64,000 nucleotides of DNA from Heptranchias perlo (taxonomy: Eukaryota): contig NW_027139442.1 of assembly GCF_035084215.1 (NCBI RefSeq), forward strand, positions 2,232,001-2,296,000, in the 5' to 3' direction. Position numbers and translations under genes: made by a program. The notes below the pieces were generated by a model. It was not told the DNA's origin. It ran no database searches and saw only the letters and a program-made list of their open reading frames with translations. Position 1 is the stretch's first letter. Every line of letters begins with the position of its first letter. Positions 52,981-64,000 of the stretch are shown piece after piece.

Positions 52981-53888
52981 GGAAATGGGGTGATGGAGGT
53001 GTTAGGTTACTCACGTAAATCGGAGTAGTATGACGTACGCGGGACACTATTCAATGTTGGTTACAAATGGGTGGAGGAGCCGCCCTTTCGATGGGAATTG
53101 AGTGGTGCAGAACACTGAGAAGTTTTATTTTAACTGATATTTTGTGGGTCAAGGAGCAGCAGGAGAGCTTTCCCTTGACTTGCTGCGATCGCGCGAAATC
53201 CCCTGTCCCCTGATAATCTCGGAAACGTATCAGGCGGTTTCCGTATAGATCTGTGCAACCAGGTCCAGCCTCATGTCCCATTAAACTCCCTGCAGTGAGT
53301 AAACATTGCTGCATAGCAGCTCAGAGAGGAAACGATCTCCGAAACGCCCCACTGGAGTTTGAAATTACATTAATATTTTACCAGCTGGTAACGGTCCGGG
53401 TGTTGGTCCATTATTATTCTGTTCTGGTCAAAACAAATGTCCCAATGAACAGGGCGCTGTCTGACCCTGGCAGCTCACCCTCAGTCCATCCCACCGGGCA
53501 GTGTGTGTGATGGGAAATAATCATCAACCGAAAAGGAGGATTTGAGTTTATTCAATTCAGGATTAAACATTGAATATTGAAATCATATTATTTCCAGACT
53601 AATAACAGCAATCCATTTCATGTTAGAATCACATCTTGTATCATTTCACAACACTGCATATGTCGCGTAAAATATAATTCCTTTCTAATATTTCCAAATT
53701 TATTTGAACTATTGGATTGAAATCAGTTACTTTAGTGAATTCATTGATGTCAATAGATAGTAAAATCAGGGGCGGCGAAAAACGGGCGCCCGATCCGCTA
53801 CCGCCCGTCTTACGCCACCGCCAAATGTAAAAAAATATACTCCAACTGACACTTTATTTAATTTTGAATGAAAAGTCTTGAGACGTTT

Positions 53889-56800
53889 CTATGATTTAAC
53901 TATTCTAACAATTATATTCAGTGGGTATTTCACCCCGTTTATCAGCTCCTCTCTGAATTTAGTCTGGGTCACAGCATAAATACACGTGTTGGTGCAGGAA
54001 CTGAGAAGTTGAAGCATGAATGCGGCTGACTCAATGTCACTGGTCATATAGTTCTGGACGTTTGTGAAACGCACAGAGATAACATAAAAAGCTTCTGTGC
54101 TCCATAACAATATAAAACTGCCTGATATACTGAAGAGTAAAATGATGGATTTCCTTCGATTCTCCATCTCTGGATCCTTGTGATTCTCTCCATTGCTGCG
54201 GCCCCGGAGTCCCCTGCGGAGTCTACTGGCCGCTAATATGTGCCTGGCGGTGAGAACATTGAACAGCAAAATCAGAATGAATGGGAGACAAGGCACTAAC
54301 ACAAGATGAAACAAGTCAAACGCTGCCCATGCAGTTGAAGTGAAGAAGGTTGGTTTCAAGACACAACCCCGGGCTACATTGTCCATTGTATATTCCGGGC
54401 CAATTACAAAGTACCAGGGAATGTTTAGGAAACAGCTCAGCGCACTCACCACCCCGATAACAACAGCCACCGTTTTCTCGGTGCAATATTTTGTTTTCAG
54501 CTTCTGACAACAAATGGCCACAAATCGATCAAAGGTGAAAACCACTGTGAACCAGACCGAGGCCGTTGTGGCTGCTAAACTCAGGCTGGCAATGAGACGG
54601 CACACGGGGGTAATGGTCAAGAATGAAACTTGGAAATAAATAACAACAATGCGCCACATTAGGACATCAGTGATAACGACCAGGAGATCGGCCGCCGCCA
54701 TTCCCACCAGGTAACGAGTGATACATTTGGAGAGTCCGCACTTTCCTCGGGACAGGATCGCAATCGCCACCAAGTTAACTGTAAGAGAGAGAAACGGAAG
54801 CAGAGAAATTACTGATCAGACCTGGAGCCAAAGCAGCAGTTTGACAGGATCTGGGGTGAAATTTCTAGCTTTGTCGCTGCATCAAACGTTGGAAACTGAT
54901 TCACTGACCTGGGCAGCGCTTTCGGGCAGAGAAATGTTTTTAAATACAATGATCAAGAATGAATTGGGAAATTGATAAGGAAATTGAATAAAGTGAGCAC
55001 CGGATGCACTGGAAGGGCCGAATGAGGGCGCAGTGCCGGTGGGGAAGGGAGAAGGTGTTTTACGGAGGAATGCAACGTATTGAAGACGGAGTTGGGCTCC
55101 AGACGAAGGGGGGAGAGAGCGCGGGCCGGGAAGGTGAGGGGACAGGGATAAGTGCTGCTGGTTTGTTGCTCTGGGGTCAGAGAGCTGACAGGGGGTGGCA
55201 CAAAACGGGAAAGCCCGATATCCGCGGCGGTGTGTTTCAGGCTTCTGTTCGGATTGGAAAAGACAGCTGGAGGCTGAGCCAGAGAGTGAGATTGGGAGGA
55301 AGACAAGGAAAAATACATGTAGGAGCTGGAGGGGAGTGAGTAGCAGATGATTTGGGAAAGCGGTTAAACTGAATCAACGGATGAGGAGACAGAGGATTCA
55401 ATGCAGTGGGAGGAGAGACTGTGATTCACAGGGAGAGACTGGAGGAGGGTGTTCGAGGGAATTAATGAATTCAACCTTTAATTTTTATGTTTATCTAAAC
55501 AAAAATCTCGGTTTTTTTATATAACGCGGTCAATAAATTTACTTTGCACATTCAATTATAATTAAATTAAAAGGCATTAATTAAATTAGCCTCGTTCTTT
55601 ATTGAATTAAGTTGACACACAATTTTTAGAATACAGTATCCTAATAATCCAATAGGATCAACAAATGGCTGATTTTATTCTTTAATTACATTTCAATTAT
55701 GTTCATGTATTCAGTCATTAAACAAGTAAGTGGAACATTCACATAAACAGACTGAGGACCTGATAGGGTTAAAAACATCCGGCACGAGTACAATAAAATT
55801 CACACATCTATCGACGACATCCTAATAACACCTTCAAGTCTCATTTCCTCTGCATAATTGTACTGCAAATTTCAGCAGTTCATTCCGATATATAATTCAC
55901 AACGCTGCCGCTCTCTCTCTCTCTCTTTATCTGTCTCTCTCTTTCGTTCCTTCTCCCCCTCCCTCTCGTTTTCCTTCTCAGTCGCGTTGTCTATCGCTCC
56001 TCTCTATCTCTCTGCACTCTCTCGACTCTCTTTCTCAATGCCCCTTTTCCCATCCGAGTAAATCCGAACATCCTGCGCCTGCTTTCTCTCCACCAGTCCC
56101 GTGTTCCAACGATCATATTCTTCGTGTCCGTTTGTTAAATGGTGAATCCTCTGTGAACAGTTTAATGTTTCTACAGATCATCCAAGTCTCCACCTGTTCA
56201 CCCACACTGTTCACTTCATCTACAACGCATGTTCCAGAAACACATCGCAAGAATTGAAATTCCTTCTCCTGCAATCATAAAGTACAGCGTTAGATGGCGG
56301 CATTGTTCAATGAACAAAACGCCAACATCACCGCTGCTGCTGAAAATCTACAGATAAATAGAAGGGCTCCTGATTCCAACAGATGAAGTGCAAACTGATA
56401 CAACATAACCTCAAAACATTGCATATTAAAGTGAATTCATCCACAATGGAACAGAGAATGAGATGTGAAAGAATCAGCAGCAAACTCAGTTCAGTAGCCA
56501 GACCTCTGGAGATGCGTGAGATACACACATAATGAAATAATATTTCATAACAGTGACAACCAATAAATACATTGAAATCCCATTTAAACTGAGCCATGTT
56601 ATTGAAGAGGTAGGACATTGCGCTGCCTCCTTGTAACACTAAGACCGTGAGCTGTCTCATTATCAATCACTGAAAACACATTTTTGAAAAAATATTCCAT
56701 GGCAGGTTCGTTCAACAACATGAAACAATTAATGGCTCCTGATGGTCTGATACCAGCTCTTAGCCCAGACACCTGATTCCAATGCATTCAGTGCAGAGAA

Positions 56801-57081
56801 TAATCCAGTAACAATGCCAGCGTTGGATATAAAACGTTCATTAGATAAATAATGCAAAACCAAAAGAGCAGAGATTTTAAATGTTCCAGCATCCAACTGA
56901 TGGAACAGAACAGGCGGTTGTGTAAAACATGGTGGGAGGAAAATAATTAGCCAATTAAAGCAGCACATTTAACAGCGATTTACAATATTCACAGATGAGA
57001 TAACGGCTTACTCGGGACTCCAATGGATGCAAGAACAGGATAGTAAACGCGCTCTATCTGGGACATTATTGGATATCCCAT
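53889..57081 (-). CDS. Class A orphan GPCR, GPR139/GPR142-like, 319 aa. Exon 1 57012-57081, exon 2 53889-54778, phase-1 intron.
   Basis: Exon 1 MGYPIMSQIERVYYPVLASIGVP+A|gtaagc joins ttacag|TT to give ...GVPINLVAIAILSRGKCGLS. Seven hydrophobic segments, MAAADLL (TM2), FTFDRFVAIC (TM3), SCTNTCIY (TM7). 960 nt, intact; TATAAA at 57167-57172. Confidence 0.9.
54960..55460 (-). mobile_element. Degenerate L2-like LINE fragment in the GPCR intron
   Basis: Purine-rich plus strand with L2-like ORF2 linker character; weak. Confidence 0.45.
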
Positions 57082-57559
57082 TTCTGAGAGAAGCAATGAC
57101 TTCTGTTGATCTGAAAACCGCAGTTCCGGCAGGCATTCGGAGCTGACACATTGCAACAAGCTCTGATTTATACAGGGGGTAAATCCCCACTGACACGGTT
57201 ATACCCCTGATCATTGCTGTTAGTTACAGTCTCCAAAACAAACACATTACATCTACAGCTTTGTCTTCAGTGTAAATAATGACGTGGATATATCGCAAAC
57301 ATCTCAATGTTCAGAATCATGTCTTAATGAGACCTCTCCCAGTAATAAAGTTAAAAGCTGTGCTCAGAAAGGACTGGTCCAACAACAAAGAGCGGCTTCA
57401 TTTACAGTTTTCCTATCATTGTATTGACCATGTTCACTCCTGACGATTCATTTTCATCCTGTGGTTTAAATCCCTGCATGGCCTTCCCCTCCCCATCTCC
57501 GCCCACTCCTCCACACCTACGGGAAACCCACCCATGACCTTCTCATTCATCGATCCTGG

Positions 57560-58220
57560 GCCTCTGGTGGTGGGACCACTCTCTCTCGGTTCCACTCACC
57601 AATCTGATCAGAGCCAGGAGAAGCTTCTCTTCCCACCCTATCACCGTTATATCTGATGTCTCTAAAGGTTCAATCCTTGGCCCCCTCCTCTTCCTCATCC
57701 ACATGCTGCCCTTTGGTGACATTGTCCGCAGACATGGATCAGCTTTCAGATGTACACTGACAAAAGCACCGCATGTCTTCACCCATCCAATGTCTTTGAG
57801 TTGTCAAAGCGATATTCGGCTTTAGATGAGCCACAATTTTATCCAGTTAAAAATTGGGAAGTCATGATCTTTGACCCCACGAACTCCACATACTTGCCAC
57901 AGGGTCCATCCGCACCCCTCTCTTTCCGATTGGTGAGTCCCTCACCAATCATCCAGGTCCTACTGACCTTCATTGACTTCCAGTCTCGTAAACCTGCAGT
58001 TCATTTTTATTCTTTCTTGCACTTAAATCCACCCGGGCCTCACGCCTCGCTATCTCTTTCACCTCCTCCTGCAGTCCCTGCCAAATACTCTGCTCCTCCA
58101 CCTCTGGCCGCTTGTGCCTCCTCAGCCCATTTGCCCCACTTTGACAGCCGTGCCTTCAGCCACAGCCACGCTCCAGAATTCCCTCCCGATGCCCCTCCAT
58201 CTCCCTCTCCCTCATTCAGG
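57560..58220 (+). mobile_element. L2-clade LINE RT and 3' fragments
   Basis: SKGSILGPLLFLIHMLPFGDIVRRHG RT motif, then a pyrimidine-rich L2-type 3' region. Confidence 0.7.
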
Positions 58221-58224
58221 CGCC

Positions 58225-58688
58225 AGCCATGTCTCAGTGGTAGCAGTCCAGCTTCTGAGGTTAGAAAGTTGTGAATTCAAGTCCCACCTCAGAGACTTGA
58301 ACACATAATCCAGGCTGACACTGCAGTCCAGTACTCAGGGCGAACTGTATTGTCGGAGGTGCCAACTTTCAGAGCACACGTTAAACCGAGGGCCCATCTG
58401 CCGTCTCGTGTAAAAGATCCCACGGCAATATTCGAAAAATAGCAGAGGAGTTCTCCCTGGTGTCTTGGGCTTTATTTAACCCTCGACCAACATTACCGTA
58501 AACTGATTTTCTGGTCATTTATCTCAGTGCAGTTTGTGGGAACTTTCCTTGTGCAAATTAGCGGGCCACATTTTCTTACATTACCACAGTCACTGCACTT
58601 CAAAATGTACTTCATTTATTGCAAAGCGCTTTGGAATGTCCTGAGATCTTGAAAGGCGCTATATAAAAGTAAGTTATTTCCTTCTTTT
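58225..58688 (+). mobile_element. tRNA-headed Deu-domain SINE (SacSINE1/AmnSINE1-like) with L2-type tail
   Basis: A box ctcagtgg, B box attcaagtcc, central gttaaaccgagg...gtaaaagatccca...gagttctccc, tail aaagcgctttgg...aaggcgctatataaa. Confidence 0.75.
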
Positions 58689-59194
58689 CGATCTTCCATG
58701 AAAGCCATCTCTTGCTTTATGATTTTGACATCCCTCCTAATACCTCCTTCTTTGGTCTTGGGTCAATTTTTATCTGATTATACATCAGTAAATGGTCTTA
58801 CGATATTTATCGATGTTAAATCCGCTATATAAATCCGAGTAGTTATATTTTACCACCCTCCACTCTCTTAATCCCATCTTTGGTGACCATTCCTTCAGGC
58901 ATCTAAATTCTACACTCGAAAACCACCTTATCCCCTCCGTCTCTCCATTTGCTTCTCCTCCTTTTACAACCTCCTTAAACTCAATCGTTAACCAAGGTTT
59001 TGCCAGTCCTCCTTTTACCCACTCCTCAGTGAAGCCTCATTGTACAAACAACATTAAAGTCACAGAGAGCACAATGTGGATTCTCTGGAATGAGGCCAGG
59101 AAAGGTGCACTGTATGAGGAAATATGTAAAATTCCGGGAATTTTTCTATGGAAATGGATATGAGGAGATTTAAATTTCAAAACATGAAGTTGTT

Positions 59195-62110
59195 TGATCG
59201 AGTAATAGAGAATTACTGTATTCTCTGTTTGTGAGAATCAGTGATAGAGTAATAGAAAATTACTGTAACCTCTGGTTGTGAGGATCCGTGATCGAGTAAT
59301 AGAGAATCATTGTATCCTCTGGTTTTGAGGATCAGTGATAGAGTAATAGAGGATTAATTAATAATATCCTAGTTAAGGATCACCTGGGAATGAGTGACCA
59401 TAACATGGTTACATTCAATATCCAATTAGAGGGTGAGAATGTTGGTTCTCAAACAAGCGTACTGAGCTTCAATAAAGGAGACTATGATGGTATGAGAGCG
59501 GACTTGATTAAAGTGGACTGGGAAAGTAGATTAAAGGGTAAGACGGTAGATGAGCAGTGGTGTTTATTTAATGAGTTATTTTACAACTTTCAAAAAATAT
59601 ATATTCCACTGAGGAAAAAAGGGTATTAAAGAAATGACAGCCATGCGTGGCTAAGTAAAGAAATTAAGGATAGTATCCGACTAAAAACAAGGACATATAA
59701 GGTAGCCAAACTTAGTGGGAGGATAGAAGATTGGGAAGTCTTCAAAAGACAGCAAAAAGTAACTAAAGGATTGATTAAGAAAGGGAAGATAGATTATGAA
59801 AATAAATTAGCAAAAAATATAAAAACAGATAGCAAGAGTTTCTACAGTTACATAAAAAGAAAAAGGGTGGCTAAGGCAAACATAGTTCCCTTAGAGGATG
59901 AGACCGGGAAATTAATGGTGGGAAACATGGAGATGGCAAAAATTCAGAACAAATATTTTGTTTCAGTCTTTACAGCAGAGGACACTAAGAATATCCCAAC
60001 ACTGGACAAACAGGGGGCTCTGGGGGCGGGGAGAAGCTAAATACAATTAAAATCACTAAGGAATTGGTAATCAGTAAATTAATTGAACTCAAGGCGGATA
60101 AATCCCCTGGACCTGATGGCTTACATCCGAGGGTCTTGAGGGAAGTGGCAGTAGGGATTGTGGATGCTTTGGTAATAATTTTCCAAAATTCTCTGGACTC
60201 GGCAAAGGTCCCGGCAGATTGGAAAACTGTTAATGTAACACCCTTATTTAAAAAGGGTAGTAGGCAGAAGGCTGGAAATTATAGACCAGTTAGCCTAACG
60301 CCCGTGGTGGGTAAAATTTTGGAGTCTATTATTAAGGAGACAGTAGCAGAACATTTGGATAAACATAATTTAACAGGACAAAGTCAGCACGGCTTTATGA
60401 AGGAGAAGTCATGTCTGACAAATTTGCTTGAGTACTTTGAGGACATAACGTAAAGGGTGGATAAAGGGGAACCAGTGGACGTAGTGTATTTAGACTTCCA
60501 GAAGGCATTCGACAAGGTGCCACATAAAAGATTATTGCTCAAGATAAAGAATCACTGGATTGGGGGTAATATTCTGGCATGGGTGGAGGATTGGTTATTT
60601 AACAGGAAGCAGAAAGTTGGGATAAATGGTTCATTCTCGGACTGACAACCAGGAGCCAGTGGTGTACCGCAGGGGTCGGTGCTGGGTCCCCAACTCTTTA
60701 CAATCTATATTAACGATTTGGAGGAGGGGACCGAGTGTAACATATCAAAGTTTGCAGATGATACAAAGATGGGAGGGAAAGTAGAGAGTGAGGAGGACAA
60801 AAAAACCTACAAAGAGATATAGACAGGCTGGGTGAGTGGGCGGAGATTTGGCAGATGCAACACAATGTTAGAAAATGTGAGGTTATGCACTTTGGCAGGA
60901 AAAATCAGAGACCGAGTTATTATCTTAATGGCGAGAAACTGGAAAGTACTGCAGTACAAAGGGATCTGGGGGTCCAAGTGCAAGAAAATCAAAAAGTTAG
61001 TATGCAGGTGCAGCAGGTGATCAAGAAGGCCAACGGAATGTTGGCTTTTATTGCTCGGGGGATAGAATATAAAAACAGGGAGGTATTGCTGCAGTTATAT
61101 AAGGTATTGATGAGACCGCACCTGGAATACTGCATACAGTTTTGGTGTCCATACTTAAGAAAAGATATACTTGCTCTCGAGGCAGTACAAAGAAGGTTCA
61201 CTCGGTTAATCCCGGGGATGAGGTGGTAGACATATGAGGAGAGGTTGAGTAGATTGGGACTCTACTCATTGGATTTCAGAAGAATGAGGGGCGATCTTAT
61301 TGAAACATATAAGATTGTGAAGGGGCTTGATCGGGTGGATGCAGTAAGGATGTTCCCAAGGATGGGTGAAACTAGAACTAGGGGGCATGATCTTAGAATA
61401 AGGGGCTGCTCTTTGAAAACTGAGATGAGGAGAAACTTCTTCACTCAGAGGGTAGTAGGTCTGTGGAATTTGCTGCCCCAGGAAGCTGTGGAAGCTACAT
61501 CATTAAATAAATTTAAAACAGAAATAGACAGTTTCCTCGAAGTAAAGTGAAGTAGGGTTTACGGGGAGCGGGCAGGAAATTGGACATGAATTTAAATTTG
61601 AGGTTAGGATCAGATCTGCCATGATCTTATTGAATGGCGGAGCAAGCTCGAGGGGCCGATTGGCCGACTCCTGCTCCATTTTCTTATGTTCTTATTATGT
61701 TCTTATGTTCCTCTGGTTGTGAGGATCAGTGATAGAGTAACAGAGAATTACTGTATCCTCTGGTTGTGAGGATCAGTGATAGATTAAAGAGAATTACTGC
61801 ATCCTCTGGTTGTGATGATCAGTGATAGAGTAATATGGAATTACTGTATCCTCTGGTTGTGAGGACCAGTGATATAGTAATTGAGAATTACTGTATCCTC
61901 CGATTGTGAGGATCAATGATAAACTAGTAGAGAATTACTGTATCTTCTGGTTGTGAGGATCAGTGTTAGAGTAATACAGAATCACTGTATCCTTTGGTTG
62001 TGAGGATCAATGATAAACTAACAGAGAATTACTGTATCTTCTGATTGTGAGGATCAGTGACAGAGTAATACAGAATCCCTGTATCATCTGGTTGTGAGGA
62101 TCAATGATAA
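59195..62110. repeat. 47-bp minisatellite (cctctggttgtgaggatcagtgatagagtaacagagaattactgtat) split by a LINE insertion
   Basis: Units at 59195-59350 and 61710-62110; period 47. Confidence 0.9.
59350..61710 (+). mobile_element. 5'-truncated CR1 LINE (~2.36 kb; end of endonuclease, RT, 3' UTR), inactivated
   Basis: [55 protein letters not shown]. Several stops and frameshifts; (tatgttct)n tail. Confidence 0.95.
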
Positions 62111-62429
62111 GGGGTCATCAATTTCAGCTCATCATGAAAGAGTTTACGTGTAAATTGTTCACGCTGAGATTTTTTTGGAGAATGGAACGTTTTACCACAG
62201 GGAATGGAAAAAACAGAAAAGTGGCAATTGCAACTTTTACCATTGTATCATTTATGAGAAAATTGAATACATGTTTCAAATTGATGAAGAGACAGGGCAT
62301 TTGGAGGAATATTAACCATGATATACGTTTTGAATTGCTTTAACCATGAACTGGCACTGATACGATCGGTCAAATGGCCTCCCCTTCTTCTCCAAACCAC
62401 TATACTTCATGTTTCTCCTAGATTGATAT

Positions 62430-63320
62430 TTATGATGTGCTTGGATGATCCTGCTTGAATGTGTTGCCCAATATCTAACAAAATGATTGTGTAACGTACG
62501 GCTGTAACAATAATTCCCCATATAATCTGAACTGGATATTCATGTTTCTGCACTGCCCAATATCTAACACTTTGATAATGTAACCCAGGGATGTTGCAAT
62601 AGTTCCCCTTATAATCTGAACTGGATATTCGCTTCTGCGTTGTCACATCTCTAATAACACGACAGTGAAAACAATGGATGTAACGATAGTTCCCCGTTAT
62701 TTTCTGAACTGGATATTCATGTGCCTGAAACCCCCAATATCTATCAATATGATAGTGTAGCCCATTGATGTAACAAAAGTTGCCGTAATAATCTGAACGT
62801 GATATTCCTGTTGCTGTACTTCCCCATGTCTAACAATACGAGAGAGTAACTCGGGGGTATAACAATAGTTCCCCCTGTAATATGAGCTGGATATTCCTGT
62901 TTCTGCATTGCCCAATATCTAACAATATGACAGTGTAACCCAGGGGTATAACAATAGTTCCCCTTATCATTTGAACGGGATATTCGTGTTTCTGCATTGC
63001 TCAATATCTAACAATGCTACAGTGTCACCCAGGGATGTAACAACAGTTCCTCCTTATAATCTGAACAGGATAATCGTGTTTTTGCACCGTCCAATTTCTA
63101 ACATTACGACGTTGTAACGCAAGGATGTATCACCTGATTCCGTTTTAAATTTAACTGAACATTTGTGTTTCTGAACTGCCACGTAATTAATAATAACACA
63201 GTATAACCCAGGGATGTGACAATAATTCCCCATATAATCTGAACTGGATATTCGTGTTCTGCACTGCCCAATATCTAACTATACGATCGTGTAACCCATG
63301 AATCTAACAGTCGTCACCCA
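62430..63320. repeat. ~89-bp minisatellite (~10 diverged units)
   Basis: ataatctgaactggatattc recurs at 62522, 62611, ~62700 and onward. Confidence 0.9.
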
Positions 63321-63545
63321 TGGGATTAAAGGGACAGTGGCAGCGTGTTTTAAAAACTTCCCATTTATATTCGACATCGGTTTCATCACCACCCATAGTT
63401 TTAAACAATTAACCTGTTCCAAATCTTTTGTTATTTTAGTGAAGTTTGCCATAATGAAATCTGGAATGAGTTGTGAATTTTCAGTACTTTGGCTCTATCA
63501 TCCAATTGGAACCATTTAATATTGAGGTCACTGTTTCTCAGGTTT

Positions 63546-63918
63546 CTTTTTATTCGTTCGTGGGATGTGGGCGTCACTGGCAAGGCCAGTATTTATTGCC
63601 CATTCCTAATTGATCTTGAGAAGGTGGTGGTGAACCATCTTCTGGAACCGCTGCAGTCCATGTGGTGAAAGTTCTCCCACAGTGATATTAGTTGGGGAAT
63701 TCCAGGATTTTGACACAGCAACGATGAAGGAACGGCGATGTATTTCCAAGTCGGGATGGTGTGTGACTTGTAGGGGAACGTGCAGGTGGTGTTATCCTTC
63801 TGGGTGGGAGAGATCGCGGGCCAACCGCTCTGGTAGAATTTGAACTTACGATTCACGAATTGTTAGTCCAGGCCTTTGGATTACCAGTTCAGTAACATAA
63901 CCACTATGCTAACGTACA
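63546..63918 (-). mobile_element. tRNA-headed SINE with LINE-derived 3' tail
   Basis: Minus strand A box tagcatagtgg and B box gttcaaat, then a LINE C-terminal remnant (SHTIPTWKYIAVP) and gacgcccacatccc-A-rich end. Confidence 0.65.
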
Positions 63919-64000
63919 CACGTATATCTGTGTTGGAACTGTCTGGATCAATATGTGAGCTGTCCGAACCTGCGTAGTTGCTGTCTATGTCTAGGTAGGA

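Overview
Eukaryotic, vertebrate DNA. The repeat content (CR1/HER1-type LINE tails, a Deu-domain SINE, Penelope-like pLTRs) and the style of the zinc-finger and GPCR genes point to a cartilaginous fish, probably a shark; this is an inference. The window is a replication-dependent histone locus. It holds one complete quintet (H2B> H2A> <H3 <H4 <H1, 11.7-17.8 kb), a second H2B-H2A pair and H4, an H2B pseudogene, and orphan histone promoter and 3' stem-loop relics. It also has two degenerate tRNA-Gly(TCC) copies, a frameshifted C2H2 zinc-finger pseudogene and an intact two-exon GPR139/142-like GPCR (319 aa). Much of the window consists of internally duplicated cassettes, LINE/SINE/hAT debris and many minisatellites. 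Most notable: (1) two palindromic, TSD-flanked Penelope-derived mini-elements carrying minimal hammerhead ribozymes that covary between copies; (2) a CpG-promoter/exon/satellite/CTCF/H2B-H2A cassette present four times; (3) seven co-oriented bipartite CTCF-like sites; (4) CDE/CHR motifs in the histone promoters. Coordinates were read by eye, and repeat boundaries are approximate.
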